Shown one piece after another: positions 24,066 through 36,230 of a stretch of 64,000 bases of DNA; positions within the stretch are counted from its first letter, which is position 1; each line of letters starts with the position of its first letter. A model generated the notes under the pieces. The model did no database searches, was not told the origin of the DNA, and saw nothing but the letters and a program-made list of their open reading frames with translations. The DNA comes from Fistulifera solaris (taxonomy: Eukaryota): NCBI GenBank assembly GCA_030295235.1, contig AP026129.1, positions 186,001 to 250,000 on the forward strand, given 5' to 3'. The position numbers and the translations under genes were made by a program.

Positions 24066-26481
24066 TGTTTTATTCGTCTTAGTCTATCAGGTTCCTTTTT
24101 TACGGCATCAAACATTCGAGGCACGTCTAAATTGGTATTTTAATGTGCAAATACAATTATTTCAACAAATGAACGAAACAGCGAAGATAAGAAAGAGATA
24201 CTTGTAAATGGAAGATCGCTAACAGCTTGTGGTGCCGAGCGAGGCCTTTTTATCCCTCCCTCATAAGGACGAAGGACTAAAAGGGTTAAGGATTTATTTA
24301 CGGAGTACCCGGTACTGGTACCGGTACCCCTCACTCTAGAGCTAAGAAGCAAACATTACCGTGTAGCAGTGTTAGTGTGACATTGGACAAAATGTGCGAC
24401 AAGGCGCCAAAACGCAAAGGCAACGCAAAACCACGGCACAGCAAAGCAAAGCTTCACGAAATTACCCGTACCATACCGGTACGGTACCGGTAGGTGATCG
24501 ACATGTCGCGTCGATTTTGTCTTCGCTTGGACTCCAAAGGCACCGTACATGACAGTGGGTGAACAGAGGGAGTGGTCGTTCATTTCGTATTAGCCAGCGA
24601 TTTTGCATTGATTCGAACCGATGACAAAGAACAAAACTTTTATCAGATCCTCAGATTATTCTCGAGTCGGTTTATGTTCATTTTTACTGTGAAAGTGAGA
24701 ACGACCGTGTCGATCCGCCTGATGGATTTTCGTAAAAGATTTCAAGACCGATGCGACGACCTTGTATCATGCGGAGTCAAATGACAAGATTCATAAAAAG
24801 AGAAGGCAGTTATTTCATCTCTTTCCATATCCTTGCTCCTCGATGATTCGACCGCCGGTGTGTCCCTTTGTCACAGATTTAGCGCGACCGGATCAGTGCA
24901 CTCCGCATTCTTTTTTTAGATGGTTACCGGTTACCCACAACTGAATGTGGTTGCAAGGTCAAGTCCTCCAAAACACGCGTCGCCAAACCAGGACAAAACA
25001 AACCCTTGATTGAAAACCTCTTTATTATAGATAGTCATTGTCATAATGCTCAAGGGGGAGAGAAGAGAGAACATGAGTCTGCAGAGTTGCAATTCCAGCT
25101 TCAAGATTCAAGGAACAATGAAACTTCAAAGACTTCATGAATTACGAGTAGAAGATAGTGGATTCAGAAGCAGAAGCACCCATCATCCATTGAAACCTGG
25201 TGAAGCGTGTGCGACAAGTGACAATGCATGGCTAGCAAAATGCTTTACCAGCATCGACACACAAACAAGCACAGAAGCTAACAGTAAACTAGCTACCGGT
25301 ACCCGTACTACTCATATCACATATCAGGCCGTCAAGCCGGGAGCCGGAGCCGGGAGTGAAAACAAAGAATAATTAAGAACCAGGAACCAACAACCAAGAT
25401 TGAAGGGGGCTATTCAAAGTTGAGATCGCTTTCATTGATGCAATCAAAAAATCATTGCCTTGCTTTTCTACAAACATACTTGAAATTAGCTTATCGTGCT
25501 GGGCGTTCTTTGTCGGTTATTGGTTATGATACACTATATACTCGTAAGTTACGCAGGACGAAATACTTGAGGAAGGCAGTACATTTACTATCCACTATCG
25601 CAGACGGAAACCATGGACCTTGGACACCGTTTATCGTTTCTACAAAATACACAGTATTACATTTTCCACTTAGTTCATAGTCTTTGTTCTTTGTTGCTGA
25701 TTGACGATTTGGATGAGACAATCGATGACCGATGACTGCACAGGGCGAGAGTCGATTCGCCGGTCGTCGGAAGATTCGTCGCTCGTGGAAGACGCCAGAT
25801 TCAAGATGATGATCTTCGAACTTCCATCTTACCCTTTGTGTTTACCTGGTACCTTGAAGCTTGATGTACGGTCTTAGTCTTAGAGTTTTCGTCCTTCGCA
25901 TCGAAGATAGAAGAATCAGAATTCGAAACTCCATGATATCAAATACAAACAGTAAACCCGATGACCGCCAACGAGACTATCTTCTATCGACTAAAAATTT
26001 CTCATGCTTCTTCACTTTGTTGATGGGTTCTGTTCTTCACTCTCGAAATCACTCAATTCTTATTTTAGAAGACGAGCACCCACTCTAGAGCCAAGTCTCT
26101 AGTCTCTAGAGACCAGAAAGTCGAAAGGTTGCATGACCAACGAACCAACGAATCCGACCATAAATAAAAAGGTTCAGAACAGAACACCAATGCAGATCGC
26201 ACGTTTCACGTTTCCCTTGTAAAGCAGATAAGACGGCAGTACACTTTCGCAACAGAATGCAAGATACAGGATGAAAGATCGAGGTGTCGATGTGTGATTA
26301 ACAGGTTCGCCAAAAGAACACACTCGACTTGGAAATGACTTGTGTCACTTGCCACCCACCACTCCGCAAGATCCGAACCATTGAACCTCTTCTCACAAAA
26401 AGCAATCTAATGCATTTTCAACCGAAGAGACAGCGATCAACCACAAAATACTAACGTCATTAAAATTGCAAGCATAAGACG

Positions 26482-27191
26482 ATGCTCTCCTTTCAAGAAA
26501 ACCAAATTGCGATCTTTCAGCTCCTGCTGAGCGACATGAGCAAGACGACGACGCTCACGTTACAAGAGGAAGTCGAGAAGGCACACATCATGTCGTACGA
26601 GTACGACGAAGAGCCCATTCCTTTGAATCGTTCTGACCTTTCTCTTTCCCTTGAGCCACAATCATCTTGGACTGAGTCTCCTGCATGCGGTAGTCATCTT
26701 TTGAGTCGCGCCATCATCAACGCGGCGAAAGCGTGACGTTTGGAGCATTCGACGACAATTACCGTGGAGTCATGAGAGTTGACGAATTGTTCCCATCATG
26801 TCGAAAAAGCTTGGCCACTGAATCAACCTGTTGCGGACCGAATGACCATGATATAGTGTGCTCTCGAGGAAAAGTGTTTTACAAACTTCCCGGTAACATT
26901 CGATTTCGTGAAGCCATCCGATCCTTTATGCCTGAGTATATGAAGGCTACAAGCAAGATGGACAAGTCGCTTATCATCGATAACATCCTTGACATTGCAG
27001 TGACCGTAGACACCATAGGCAGACCGTCTCGATTCTTGAAGTATCACTCACGTACCAACTCATGGAGTATCATGGGGCATGATCAAGTTCGCGATAAAGT
27101 GGGTCATGCTCTTCGAGAGGCGGTCTACGATATGGAAAGAGAAAGGAAATTGAAGGCCGCTAAAAAAGCGAGGAAACTGACACAGTGGTAA
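26482..27191 (+). CDS. DUF6824-domain protein (diatom-expanded family), paralogue 1
   Basis: GPNDHDIVCSRGK..PGNIRFR...KSLIID...RFLK...W...RDKVGHALRE. N-terminal ORF 26482..26736 joined by an apparent frameshift. Confidence 0.75.
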
Positions 27192-27816
27192 GTAGAAATT
27201 CTCACGTTTCCTTGCTGGGACCCTTCGGCAAAATACTCGATGATTATCTGTTCCCTAGATAATAACCATTTAGGATTTTCATTATTGTAAGAAAAAGTCT
27301 TTTGTAGTTCATCCCAACCTGTTATTAGCTATGGTGCGCTTGGTGCAAATAATTTACTCCGTTTTTTTTTTTTTAAATAGGAGGGAGGATTTTGCAGAAA
27401 TTCGATCGCGTGCAGCAGATAAAAAAATGCTGCTGCCCAGTACCGGTACGAGTTTAAAACCATGATCTTTGTGCATTTTAAACAACCGTCCCTGATAGAC
27501 ATTCCCTACCTGGTATTCCTGAATTAGGGCCTTTATTATCGGGCAGAATTACCGTCCATTAGGGCGTCCATTAGGATTTTTCGTCTGTTCTCGATCGGAT
27601 AAAAGTTTTTCGAGCGTTCAGGTGAACAGGCCCAACGTTCACGTGAACGAAAACGTTCATTTCATTTTTTGATGTCCATTATGACATTTTGGCGCCAAAA
27701 GGCGAAAAACTCTACCCTTTTCGCGTTTAGTTGCGGTAACAAACATTTGTTTCACACTTCTTCATTCGCACAAATACAAGTGAAACTAATCAAATACAAG
27801 TGTAATTCATTCCACC

Positions 27817-27978
27817 ATGACAGATAGTAACAAAGAAAACAGCGACAGCGTCGTTCTCACTCAGAACTCGGTGAAGACGGATACAACCGAGTTCAGTGCC
27901 TTTGAGAAGTTGATTTCGAAAGAGAATGAGAAAGAGAAAGTCGATCTTGAACTTGAAGAACTGAAAAGAAATAGATAG
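27817..27978 (+). pseudogene. 53-codon ORF convergent with the transposase; possible deleted remnant of the Harbinger second (Myb/SANT-like) gene
   Basis: MTDSNKENSDSVVLTQNS...EKEKVDLELEELKRNR*. Position and orientation fit ORF2, but no Myb motif is visible. Confidence 0.35.
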
Positions 27979-28027
27979 TATTCTAATTTCTCTTATATAT
28001 AGGATTCACATTTCCCTACTCAAAAGG

Positions 28028-29286
28028 CTAGTTGTTGATGTTTGCATTGCGAATGAGGTTGCGTAAGGGCCGAACAAGTTGGGCGTCTTGACTGATAAGT
28101 TCTACAAGTCGACTGCGCCGAATTGATGAATAAACAAGCGGATCTGGACCGACTACTTGGTCTGCAACAAGGACGGGCGCTACCCCATGCATGAAGGCGC
28201 CTTGGTGCTCAACAAAGCGATCTTCGTAATCAACATCCACAGTATCGTTGTCAATGATGAAATTTTGCAGAATACAGCTCACCGAAAAGATTCGTGTGAT
28301 CTTTTCATGCTTATAAGCCATCTTACCTCGGAAGATACGAAATTTCGTCGTTAGGCGGCCAAAAGTCATCTCAATTCGAATTCTCATCTGAGAAAGAAAG
28401 AAGTTGTAGTTTCTCTGTGCTTCTGTCAAGCCGCTTCCGCTGAAAGGGATAAGAGAATAGTTTGTGAGTGGATATGCGGCGTCGGCCAGGATATAGAAGC
28501 CACTATCAAGCTCCTCTCTCGCGAGTCCACGGAGCCAGTCGGTGAGATCAGGACACATATCCAAAGCAAGGCTGTCGCTTGTCTTTCCTGGGGCAGCCAC
28601 ATTTGCGTAGGTAAATCGCAATTTTGGATCGCACATGCACTGCGTGTTGATTCCGTAGCAACCGTAATGTTCCGACCAATAATCTCGGCACACATCCAAG
28701 GCAGGTTTCGTGGTTTGAATCAAAAACCCATCTAGGCATCCAACCACCCCATAAAACACTCCTTTTGCATCGCTGAGTTCATTGAAGCCCATCGCGACTG
28801 CAGTCAGCTCATCTTTGTTTTCGGAAATTGCAACCATATCTCTGTTGTTGTGAGGCATGCATTGAAAAACAGATCAAGGTATCGATCAATGGAGGGTCGT
28901 CGGGGACCGAACATATCTTCCAAGCTCTTCTCCTTTTCGCCCCCGAGGAACCGGAGGCTGATTGCAACAACCATTTCCGGCGGAATGTAAAGCAATGGGT
29001 CGCCAGTTGAGTTGAGAGATTTCGTTTCGTCAATGACGATTTTCTCTCCAAGAAGATGTACCAGATATTGAAAAGACGAGTACGTCATGTGATATCGATT
29101 TTGGAAGCCAGAATCACGACATTCGTAAAGGTGTTGATTAAATATCTTTCGGGCAATGTGTCGCTTTGGGTCTCGCCTCTTTGGTTGTCGTAGACGTCGT
29201 CGACGAATTCTCTGCAGCGTCAAAACATTGAGTTGAAACTGCAGTTGAATTATTTGCAACAATACCAAGTCTTCCATTGTTTCCAA
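28028..29286 (-). CDS. Harbinger/HARBI1-type DDE transposase (one frameshift near 28830-28860)
   Basis: GCLDGFLI, GINTQCMCD, PGKTSDS, LADAAYP, YNFFLSQMRIRIEMTFGRL, CILQNF. N-terminal HTH part FQNRYHMTYSSFQYLV...AISLRFLGG. Confidence 0.9.
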
Positions 29287-30255
29287 AGGAAATTGAGATA
29301 TAAAGAAACAAATGAATGACCTGTTATGGGCGACGAGTGATTGATGAAATGATTTATTTGAAAAATGATTGCCTTCAAATGCAAAAAATTGATGCCATTT
29401 TTCAAGGCATCGGCAAGGGAAAAAAGAAGATTTTTACTTAATTAATATTCTTTGATGTCGTAGAGATATTGCTCTAATGAACACTTAACCGAAATGGACG
29501 CAACAGTTTCGATAATAATTGCCCGTTCATTTTGTTTGTGTCCATTTCGAAATGAACGCTGTAATGGACAGTAAAAATTTCGATAAGATGAGGCCTTAAA
29601 GGTGCATATTATTTGAAAGTCGACTCCTTTTTACTACTCCGTACTTTTTTTCTCAATTTCGCACGAATATTATTTCAATTTGTAGAGTTGACGGTGTGGT
29701 TGTGGGTTGTGAAAAGAAAGAACAGGTTAAGCGGCCAGTGACATAAGTCGGCCAATGACATAAGTCTTTTTTCTTTAAGCCGAACCGTGAACCGTCAACA
29801 TAGAAACTGTACGATGTTCTATGACAAACTAAGCCAGATTGAGAAGTGTCTAGAGTGTCTACTTTCGTGTATGCAAAGAACAAAGACTCGGAGAAACAAC
29901 TGTTCTTCCCCTTCGGTTTGGTGTTTGGTTTTTGGCTTACGCAAAATCAAAGAAAATACGGAGTAGATGACGAATGACCGGATCCCGAAATCCAAAATCC
30001 AAAGCCACACCGAGTTGGCGCGAACTGTATGTTCCAGAACAAGAAGAGTTCATTATTTTCCATGTATCCGATAACCAAACTTCATTAATGCCTCCTTATC
30101 AAAAAGCTATGCATTCCGCCCAAAGTAACGCGACTTTGTTTCAACTGCGTTTGCTGAAGGAAATCAGCAGCAAATCCTCGCCATCAGACAACAGGACACT
30201 CTACTCCGGCGCCTATCACGGTCAGGGTAGGATCTAGAGAATACCTATCACCAAA

Positions 30256-30868
30256 ATGCTCTCCTTCCCGTTCATTAGAGACGCTTCCAGCTCATGCGGA
30301 GCAAGTCGCCATTGCCGGTTCACCTTTTTCGTCCACACGCCACTATATCACCCCTTCAAAAGAAAGCAAGGCGGCCAACCCGTTTGACGAATCCACCTTG
30401 CTTGGATCAATAATGAAGAACTATACTAGCGAGGTCAGAGCGAGTGAAATGCTGAAGCGAGCCAACTCGGTGCAACAACCACCTGCAGTCGTTACAGCAC
30501 GAGAAAATTCCCCGTCGTCGACATCCTTTCCTTACGGTCCGAATGAGCATGATGTAGTGTGCTCTCGAGGGAAAGTTTTCTACAGTCTCCCCGGTAACGT
30601 TCGCTTTCGTAACACGATCCGCTGTTATATTTCTGTCTATTTGGCCGCATCGAGTAAGATGGACAAGTCGGCCGTTATCAATAAAATTGTTGACAACGCC
30701 TTGAATAGTACCAAAGGTCCTACTCGTTTCTTGAAATATCACGCCCGAACTTGCACTTGGAGCATCATGGGACACGATCAAGTTCGTGATAAGGTGGGGC
30801 ATGCCCTCCGCGAAGCGATTTATGATATGGAACGGAACAACAAGTCAAACAATACCAACGCGCAGTGA
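30256..30868 (+). CDS. DUF6824-domain protein, paralogue 2
   Basis: GPNEHDVVCSRGKVFYSLPGNVRFR...RFLKYH...WSIMGHDQVRDKVGHALREAIYDMER. Starts with the same ATGCTCTCCTT as paralogue 1. Confidence 0.75.
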
Positions 30869-31070
30869 AAAAACTATCCAAATGGTAAATGTACCTGATT
30901 CCTTCCCAATTTCCCAAGGATTTATTTCGCGTTTGAGATGATTATTTAAAGTTCCTAGAAGTAGTTATTCATACTTTGGAGATTTATTTCATCAGACGTT
31001 ACATGGAATTGATTTGTGAAAGCGCGTGCGATGTGCGACGACGACAAAAAGCACCCGGAAAATCATGGGC

Positions 31071-31385
31071 GGTCCAGAAATTCTGGACCATTTGATTTCA
31101 TTCATACAGAAAATCTGCATTTCATTCAAACAGAAAATCGGAGACGGTCCAGAATTTCTGGACCAGTTGTATTTCATTCAAACAGAAAATCAGACACGGT
31201 CAAGAACTTCTGGACCAGTTGAGTTTCATTCATACAGAAAATCTGGGGCAGTCCAAATATTCTGGACCAGTGGAATTTCATTCATACAGAAAATCGGGGG
31301 CAGTCCAGAACTTCTGGACCAGTGGAGTTTCATTCAAAACGAAAATCGGAGACGGTTCAGAATTTCCGGACCAGTTGAATTTCGG
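31071..31385. repeat. Tandem array of ~6 copies of a 52-bp unit containing the palindrome GGTCCAGAA-N-TTCTGGACC
   Basis: Units start at about 31071, 31146, 31198, 31250, 31302 and 31354; consensus GGTCCAGAAHTTCTGGACCAGTKGARTTTCATTCAWACAGAAAATCGGRGRC. Confidence 0.9.
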
Positions 31386-31830
31386 AAACGGGCTCTGGAC
31401 TTGCCCTCTACTAGAGCACTCTAGAGCTAGAGCGAGAACCACAGCCTACGCAGCGAAGTGCCAGATTGATATATATGAGACAAAATGAAACGAAAAATGG
31501 AAAATTCAATCGAATGTCAAAATTACATTCTGACTTTAGGAAATTAGGAATAAATATTCAAGTACCGGGTATATTTATTTATAAAAAATACCTGGTCCGG
31601 TAAATTGGTAAAACTGTTAACCTTAAAAATTACGGAGTAAAACGTTTCCTTCCCAAATGGGTGCGGGTGCATCTTGTTTTTCGCGGCCGCCTTATTTTTT
31701 GCAGTCGCAACCTCGCACGGCCTAAACACAATGGGTTGACACTGACAATAAAATGAATAAACGATAATCTATCTGTAAGAGCTAGCAAACAGTGAGTCCC
31801 TTTTCTATTGTTACTTTTTCGACGTATACA

Positions 31831-33293
31831 ATGTCGACCGACAAGCTTGCAGCTGATGCAAAAGAAGCCGCAATTCAATCCTTTGTGGAATTCATTCGCT
31901 TTCCAACCGTCTCTTCGACGGGCCCGGAAACAGGATCTTACCGCAATTGCGCCAACTGGCTCAAAGACCGTCTACATTTCTTGGACGAAGTCTTTTTCTT
32001 GGAAGATGCTCCGGATCATTCTCCCGTAGTGGTTGCCCGCTGGAAAGGTCGAGACGAAACTCTGCCCGTGTTGCTCCTCAATTCACATTATGATGTGGTC
32101 CCCGCAGAAGCGAGCGATTGGTCGGTACCTCCCTTTGAAGGCTTGCGGAAAGAGAGAATGGGGTCCCCGGTGATCTACGGAAGAGGTACACAGGTACGAT
32201 CACTTATGCAAAAAAGCTGGGCTCTGGAATCAGTTCCGCCTCACATTATTATTCTCTTTTTTCTCGTAGGACATGAAATGCGTGTGTATTCAATACATCG
32301 AAGCGGTCGCTCATCTAAAAGCCGAAGGATTTCAACCAGCACGTGACGTCTACTTGACATTTGTGCCAGACGAAGGTATATCGCTTTGCCAACGAATTCG
32401 TACGCGTTGTCGATCATTCTTCTCACCTTTTCTTTCAAAATAGAAATCGGAGGCTCTGGCATGGCCGCTTTTCTAGATTCATCTCTCTACAAATCATTAC
32501 CAGGCATTGCTTTGGCCTTAGATGAAGGATTGGCCAGTACGACAGATGTATTTTCTGTATTTTACGGTGAGCGACTACCGTGGTGGGTGGAGGTAACGGC
32601 TCGTGGCCCTACAGGGCATGGAAGTCGTTTTATTGAGAACACGGCGGTCGGTCAGCTACTAGAGTTTGCACAAAAGGCGATGGAATTTCGGTCGGGCCAA
32701 AGGTCGCTGCTCGGTTTAGATGAGCATTCCAACTGCGCACATGCGGCAGCTAAAAGACTCTAGGAGACGTGACATCCCTCAACATTACAACGTTGCAGGC
32801 GGGAGTCAAGGCGGGAAACTCGTATGCTTACAATTGCGTTCCACCGGTGGCTTCTTGCAGTTTAGATATTCGTATTTCGCCGCACATGGATCCTCAATCT
32901 ATGGGCTCGTTACTCGATAAATGGTGCTTGGAATGTGGAACTGTAGAATGGAACTATATTGGCGGCCAAGGCAATCAATCGACGACACATGCTGTTACGT
33001 CGACTGTTTCGAATCCGTGGTATGATGTCTTTGCTAGCAGTTTGCAGAGAACCGGCTACCAGGTGGAAACGTCTGTCTTTCCTGCAGCAACTGACTCGCG
33101 CTTCTTGCGTGCGCTCGGCATCCGCGCGTTGGGCTTCTCTCCTATGCGAAACACTGAAATCAAACTGCACGAGGTCGATGAGTACATACCTGAACATACC
33201 TTTTTGGAAGGTATTGAAGTGTTCATAGGTCTCCTCCGAGACTTGATGTCTCAGGGCAAGGAAATGGAGGAAAAGATCATGGAATCTCCATGA
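31831..33293 (+). CDS. ACY1: Aminoacylase-1 (M20A peptidase family)
   Basis: LLNSHYDVVP, IYGRGTQ|DMKC, FVPDE|EIGG, ALDEGLAS, GHGSRF, FPAATDSRFLR, LHEVDE. Introns 32194-32269 and 32376-32443; one frameshift ~32755. Confidence 0.9.
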
Positions 33294-33896
33294 TCGCTAT
33301 CTACGAACGTTGCTCTCGGGGCTACACTAATGAACCACTTGCTCCCCAATAGGTCTTTCGCCTTTCGATCTCATGAAAGGATTTCGCTCGTCCGATCGGT
33401 TTTGCGCGAGTGTCTGGGTAAAGGTAACAACGGCTCAGTGCGCGACGCGCTAATGGCAAAGATGAAACCGGATTTTGTTCTAGAACGTTGACTATTTAAG
33501 TTTGCCCATTCTCGTAGGGAGTTAGTACTGTCATTCTTCGTGCTTATTCTGTTTCTGTTGAGCTTCCTTCTCTCAAGGTCTAAGCTTGGAGGGAGTTTGC
33601 TTCGATTGATTTGTGAGCAAATACTCCGAACTCAGTGCTACCTGGTATGGAGTACTCCGTACTCCGTATTGTGCTTTTCTGTCTGGACACCGTTCGTCGT
33701 CATAAAAAGCGATTGCCGTACGTTTTCCCTATGTTTTGATCTCTCGCTCTTGCGCTCACAAGGCGCCGTTCCTTCGTTTCACGACAATAAAACAAGAAAA
33801 TGACTCCATAAACGCAACAATAGTCGTCAATTGAATCAGGCAATAGAAATCTGGCGATTCAGGGCAGTGGGCAACATTGCGACGCATTGATTTCCG

Positions 33897-35632
33897 ATGA
33901 ACGCCGACTCTGCTCATTCTCCCTCCGCTAAACCTGCCTCACAAACGCCGGCAAAATCACACCGAGGACCTAAACCACGTTCCCGGAGAAATAGGAAACG
34001 TGCTCGTCCAGATGTGAACGAGGAAGCCATGCAAAATCTTCAATTCGAAATCGAGCATCTTTCCGGGAAGCAGTGGCTCTTACATCTCCGTCCTTACCCC
34101 TACACATTCGAAAGCTTTGCGAAGTCACGCTGGGTAGGCCGCACAATATTAGACGTCTACACCGATGAATTCAAAAGTTATCCGCGCTCGTACTACAAGG
34201 AAGCGATACAGCAGGGTCGTATTCAAATCATTCACAAAGATTGCCCCAGTCCAGTGACCGTTACTTGCGACTACGAAATCCAAGGGTCAGATGTGCTCGC
34301 ACACACGGTACATCGACATGAGCCATCAGTTATGATTCACGTCAATCAAAGTCCCTTCATTTCTATAGTTGGCGAGACAGAGGATATCTTAGCAGTCGAT
34401 AAGCCCGCCACTCTACCGGTTCATCCTTGCGGCGGATATCATCAAAATTCGCTCATTCCGTTACTGGAAAGGACGTTGTACAACGAAAAGACGACAACAA
34501 AAACTTATTTACTATTCACCGACTCGATCGGCTTACTAGTGGTTTGGTTATATTGGCAAAGAGAAGTGAAGTGGCTCGATCATGGACCCAAGCAATCTTA
34601 AAGCGCGAGGCTTGTACGAAATTGTATCTGGCTAGGGTCAAGGGAAGGTTTCCTTCGAACTTGAATCTTCCTAAGATCACTACTACCGATCCTCCATTGA
34701 ACGGAGAGTGGATGTCGCATGAATGCGATGGATCCGTCGAATCGCTACGCAAGCGCTATGCGCACGGGTACTGGGTGACATTGCAATCGTCAGATAAAGC
34801 GAAGTGTGCTGCTTTCAGCGACATGTCGCTAGATGAGTTCTGTGCTACATCGAATGATGTAGAAAGCTTGCTAACATCTCTCTCGAGCTCGGATCCACCG
34901 CCGGATATCGCACGCAAGATGCCTTGGCTTCACGTGGCCTGTCCAGTTCGTGTTGTCAACTTCAAGGATGGAGGGTGCGAAAGCGGCACATTCGATCATG
35001 TGGAAGACGACCTGTACCGTCGTAATGTCAAGCCTGCACAAAGTTCATTTGCGGTGATTCGCTACGATGCCGAATCGAATTCGACGATTGTTCTTTGTCG
35101 TCCCAGTACGGGACGAACGCACCAGATCCGATTACATTTACAAGCCACCGGGCATTCGATTGCCAACGACCCGAACTATGGGGGTGAAATATGGTACGGG
35201 AATCCCGAAGGCAAGAAGTCGTGCGACATGGCACAAAAGGAACTCGATGAAGCATGTATAACACTAGAAGACGTACCATTGGACTCAGACGAAGCGATTC
35301 AGAATAGTGACGCAAGCAACACACTCCATCCAACAAAAAGCCTTTCAACCAAAGACGTCCCCGCAACGGATGTGGAAGTAGAAGAGATGGCCCGTGCAGC
35401 ACCTCGCGACGAAATTAACGAATCTTTAGAAGATTTCATGAAGAGGACGTGCGTTTGGTGTGCGCGATGTCGAGGACAGACACATACGAAACGATCTCGC
35501 CTTGAGTTTCTGGTACGTAGTCAAGGAATTTGGCTCCATGCTTTGCAGTATGAGATTCGAATCGAAGGTGTAGCAACAGCATTTCGCACACAAGTCCCCT
35601 CCTGGTGTCTTTCTTCCAAAATTCTTCGATGA
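33897..35632 (+). CDS. RluA-family RNA pseudouridine synthase (RPUSD2/Rib2-like)
   Basis: FAKSRWVGR, HRHEP, VDKPATLPVHPCG, HRLDRLTSG (catalytic Asp), TGRTHQIRLHL, IWLHA. Frameshift in the A-run ~34500. Confidence 0.9.
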
Positions 35633-35882
35633 ATATGGTGCGGGTCTGTCACAAAGAGGTTGTGCTAGACGTTTCAGAGGAGACGACTTAATAGTGGTAA
35701 AGATATACGCTAATTATGATTATATATATACATTTTTCTATTAATAACGGGGTCGAGCACCAATTCAAGATAATGCGAGGTCACTTGAACCGCGGAACCC
35801 TGCGAGGAGTCAAAGTACGAAAGTGTAGTATGATAGAATGCACGATGCTTGTGATGAACAAGCCATGTCAAAAGAACAGTCT

Positions 35883-36230
35883 CTACAGTTCCAGATCAAA
35901 GATACCGCCGTAGTCTTCTTCATATGTGTGAGCGTGAGGAACTCTTCTTTGAGTGGCTAATGTTTGAAAGGCTCTCCTTGAATCCTTCGTAAGCAAAGGC
36001 TCCTTCCAAGACCCATCATAAGATCCTTGGCTCTTGTACAAAGGCTTATAATGTATCGGGAATCTCCGCGACGAATAGATACGATGGTACATTTCTAGAT
36101 CGCGGATCTCTGCCATGGCTTCTCCTTGCAACATTTGCTGCTGACGAGCAAAGTCGTCACTCGAGATTCGACTTGTTTTCCCAGGGATGCGAACTGTTGG
36201 AGATCGGGGTGAGGCGTAACTGGAAGTCAT
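35883..36230 (-). CDS. Small hypothetical protein
   Basis: 115-codon ATG ORF ending in acidic GIFDLEL; DLEMYHRI segment. No recognisable domain. Confidence 0.55.
   Translation of the reverse strand: MTSSYASPRSPTVRIPGKTSRISSDDFARQQQMLQGEAMAEIRDLEMYHRIYSSRRFPIHYKPLYKSQGSYDGSWKEPLLTKDSRRAFQTLATQRRVPHAHTYEEDYGGIFDLEL

Larger units (their letters stand above)
27527..29595 (-). mobile_element. PIF/Harbinger DNA transposon, ~2.07 kb
   Basis: TTA at 27524-27526 and 29596-29598 (TWA TSD). Imperfect TIRs: left GGGCCTTTATTATCG..TTACCGTCCATTA vs reverse complement of right end GGCCTCATCTTATCG..TTACTGTCCATTA. Encodes a HARBI1-type transposase. Confidence 0.85.

Noticed and set aside
31071..31385. CRISPR array (palindromic repeats at regular spacing)
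   Set aside because: The intervening sequences are themselves near-identical rather than unique spacers, there are no cas genes, and the context is eukaryotic.
31395..31432. Helitron 3' end (CTAG motifs after the tandem array)
   Set aside because: Several CTAG occur, but there is no clear GC-rich subterminal hairpin or A/T insertion site and no identifiable 5' TC end.
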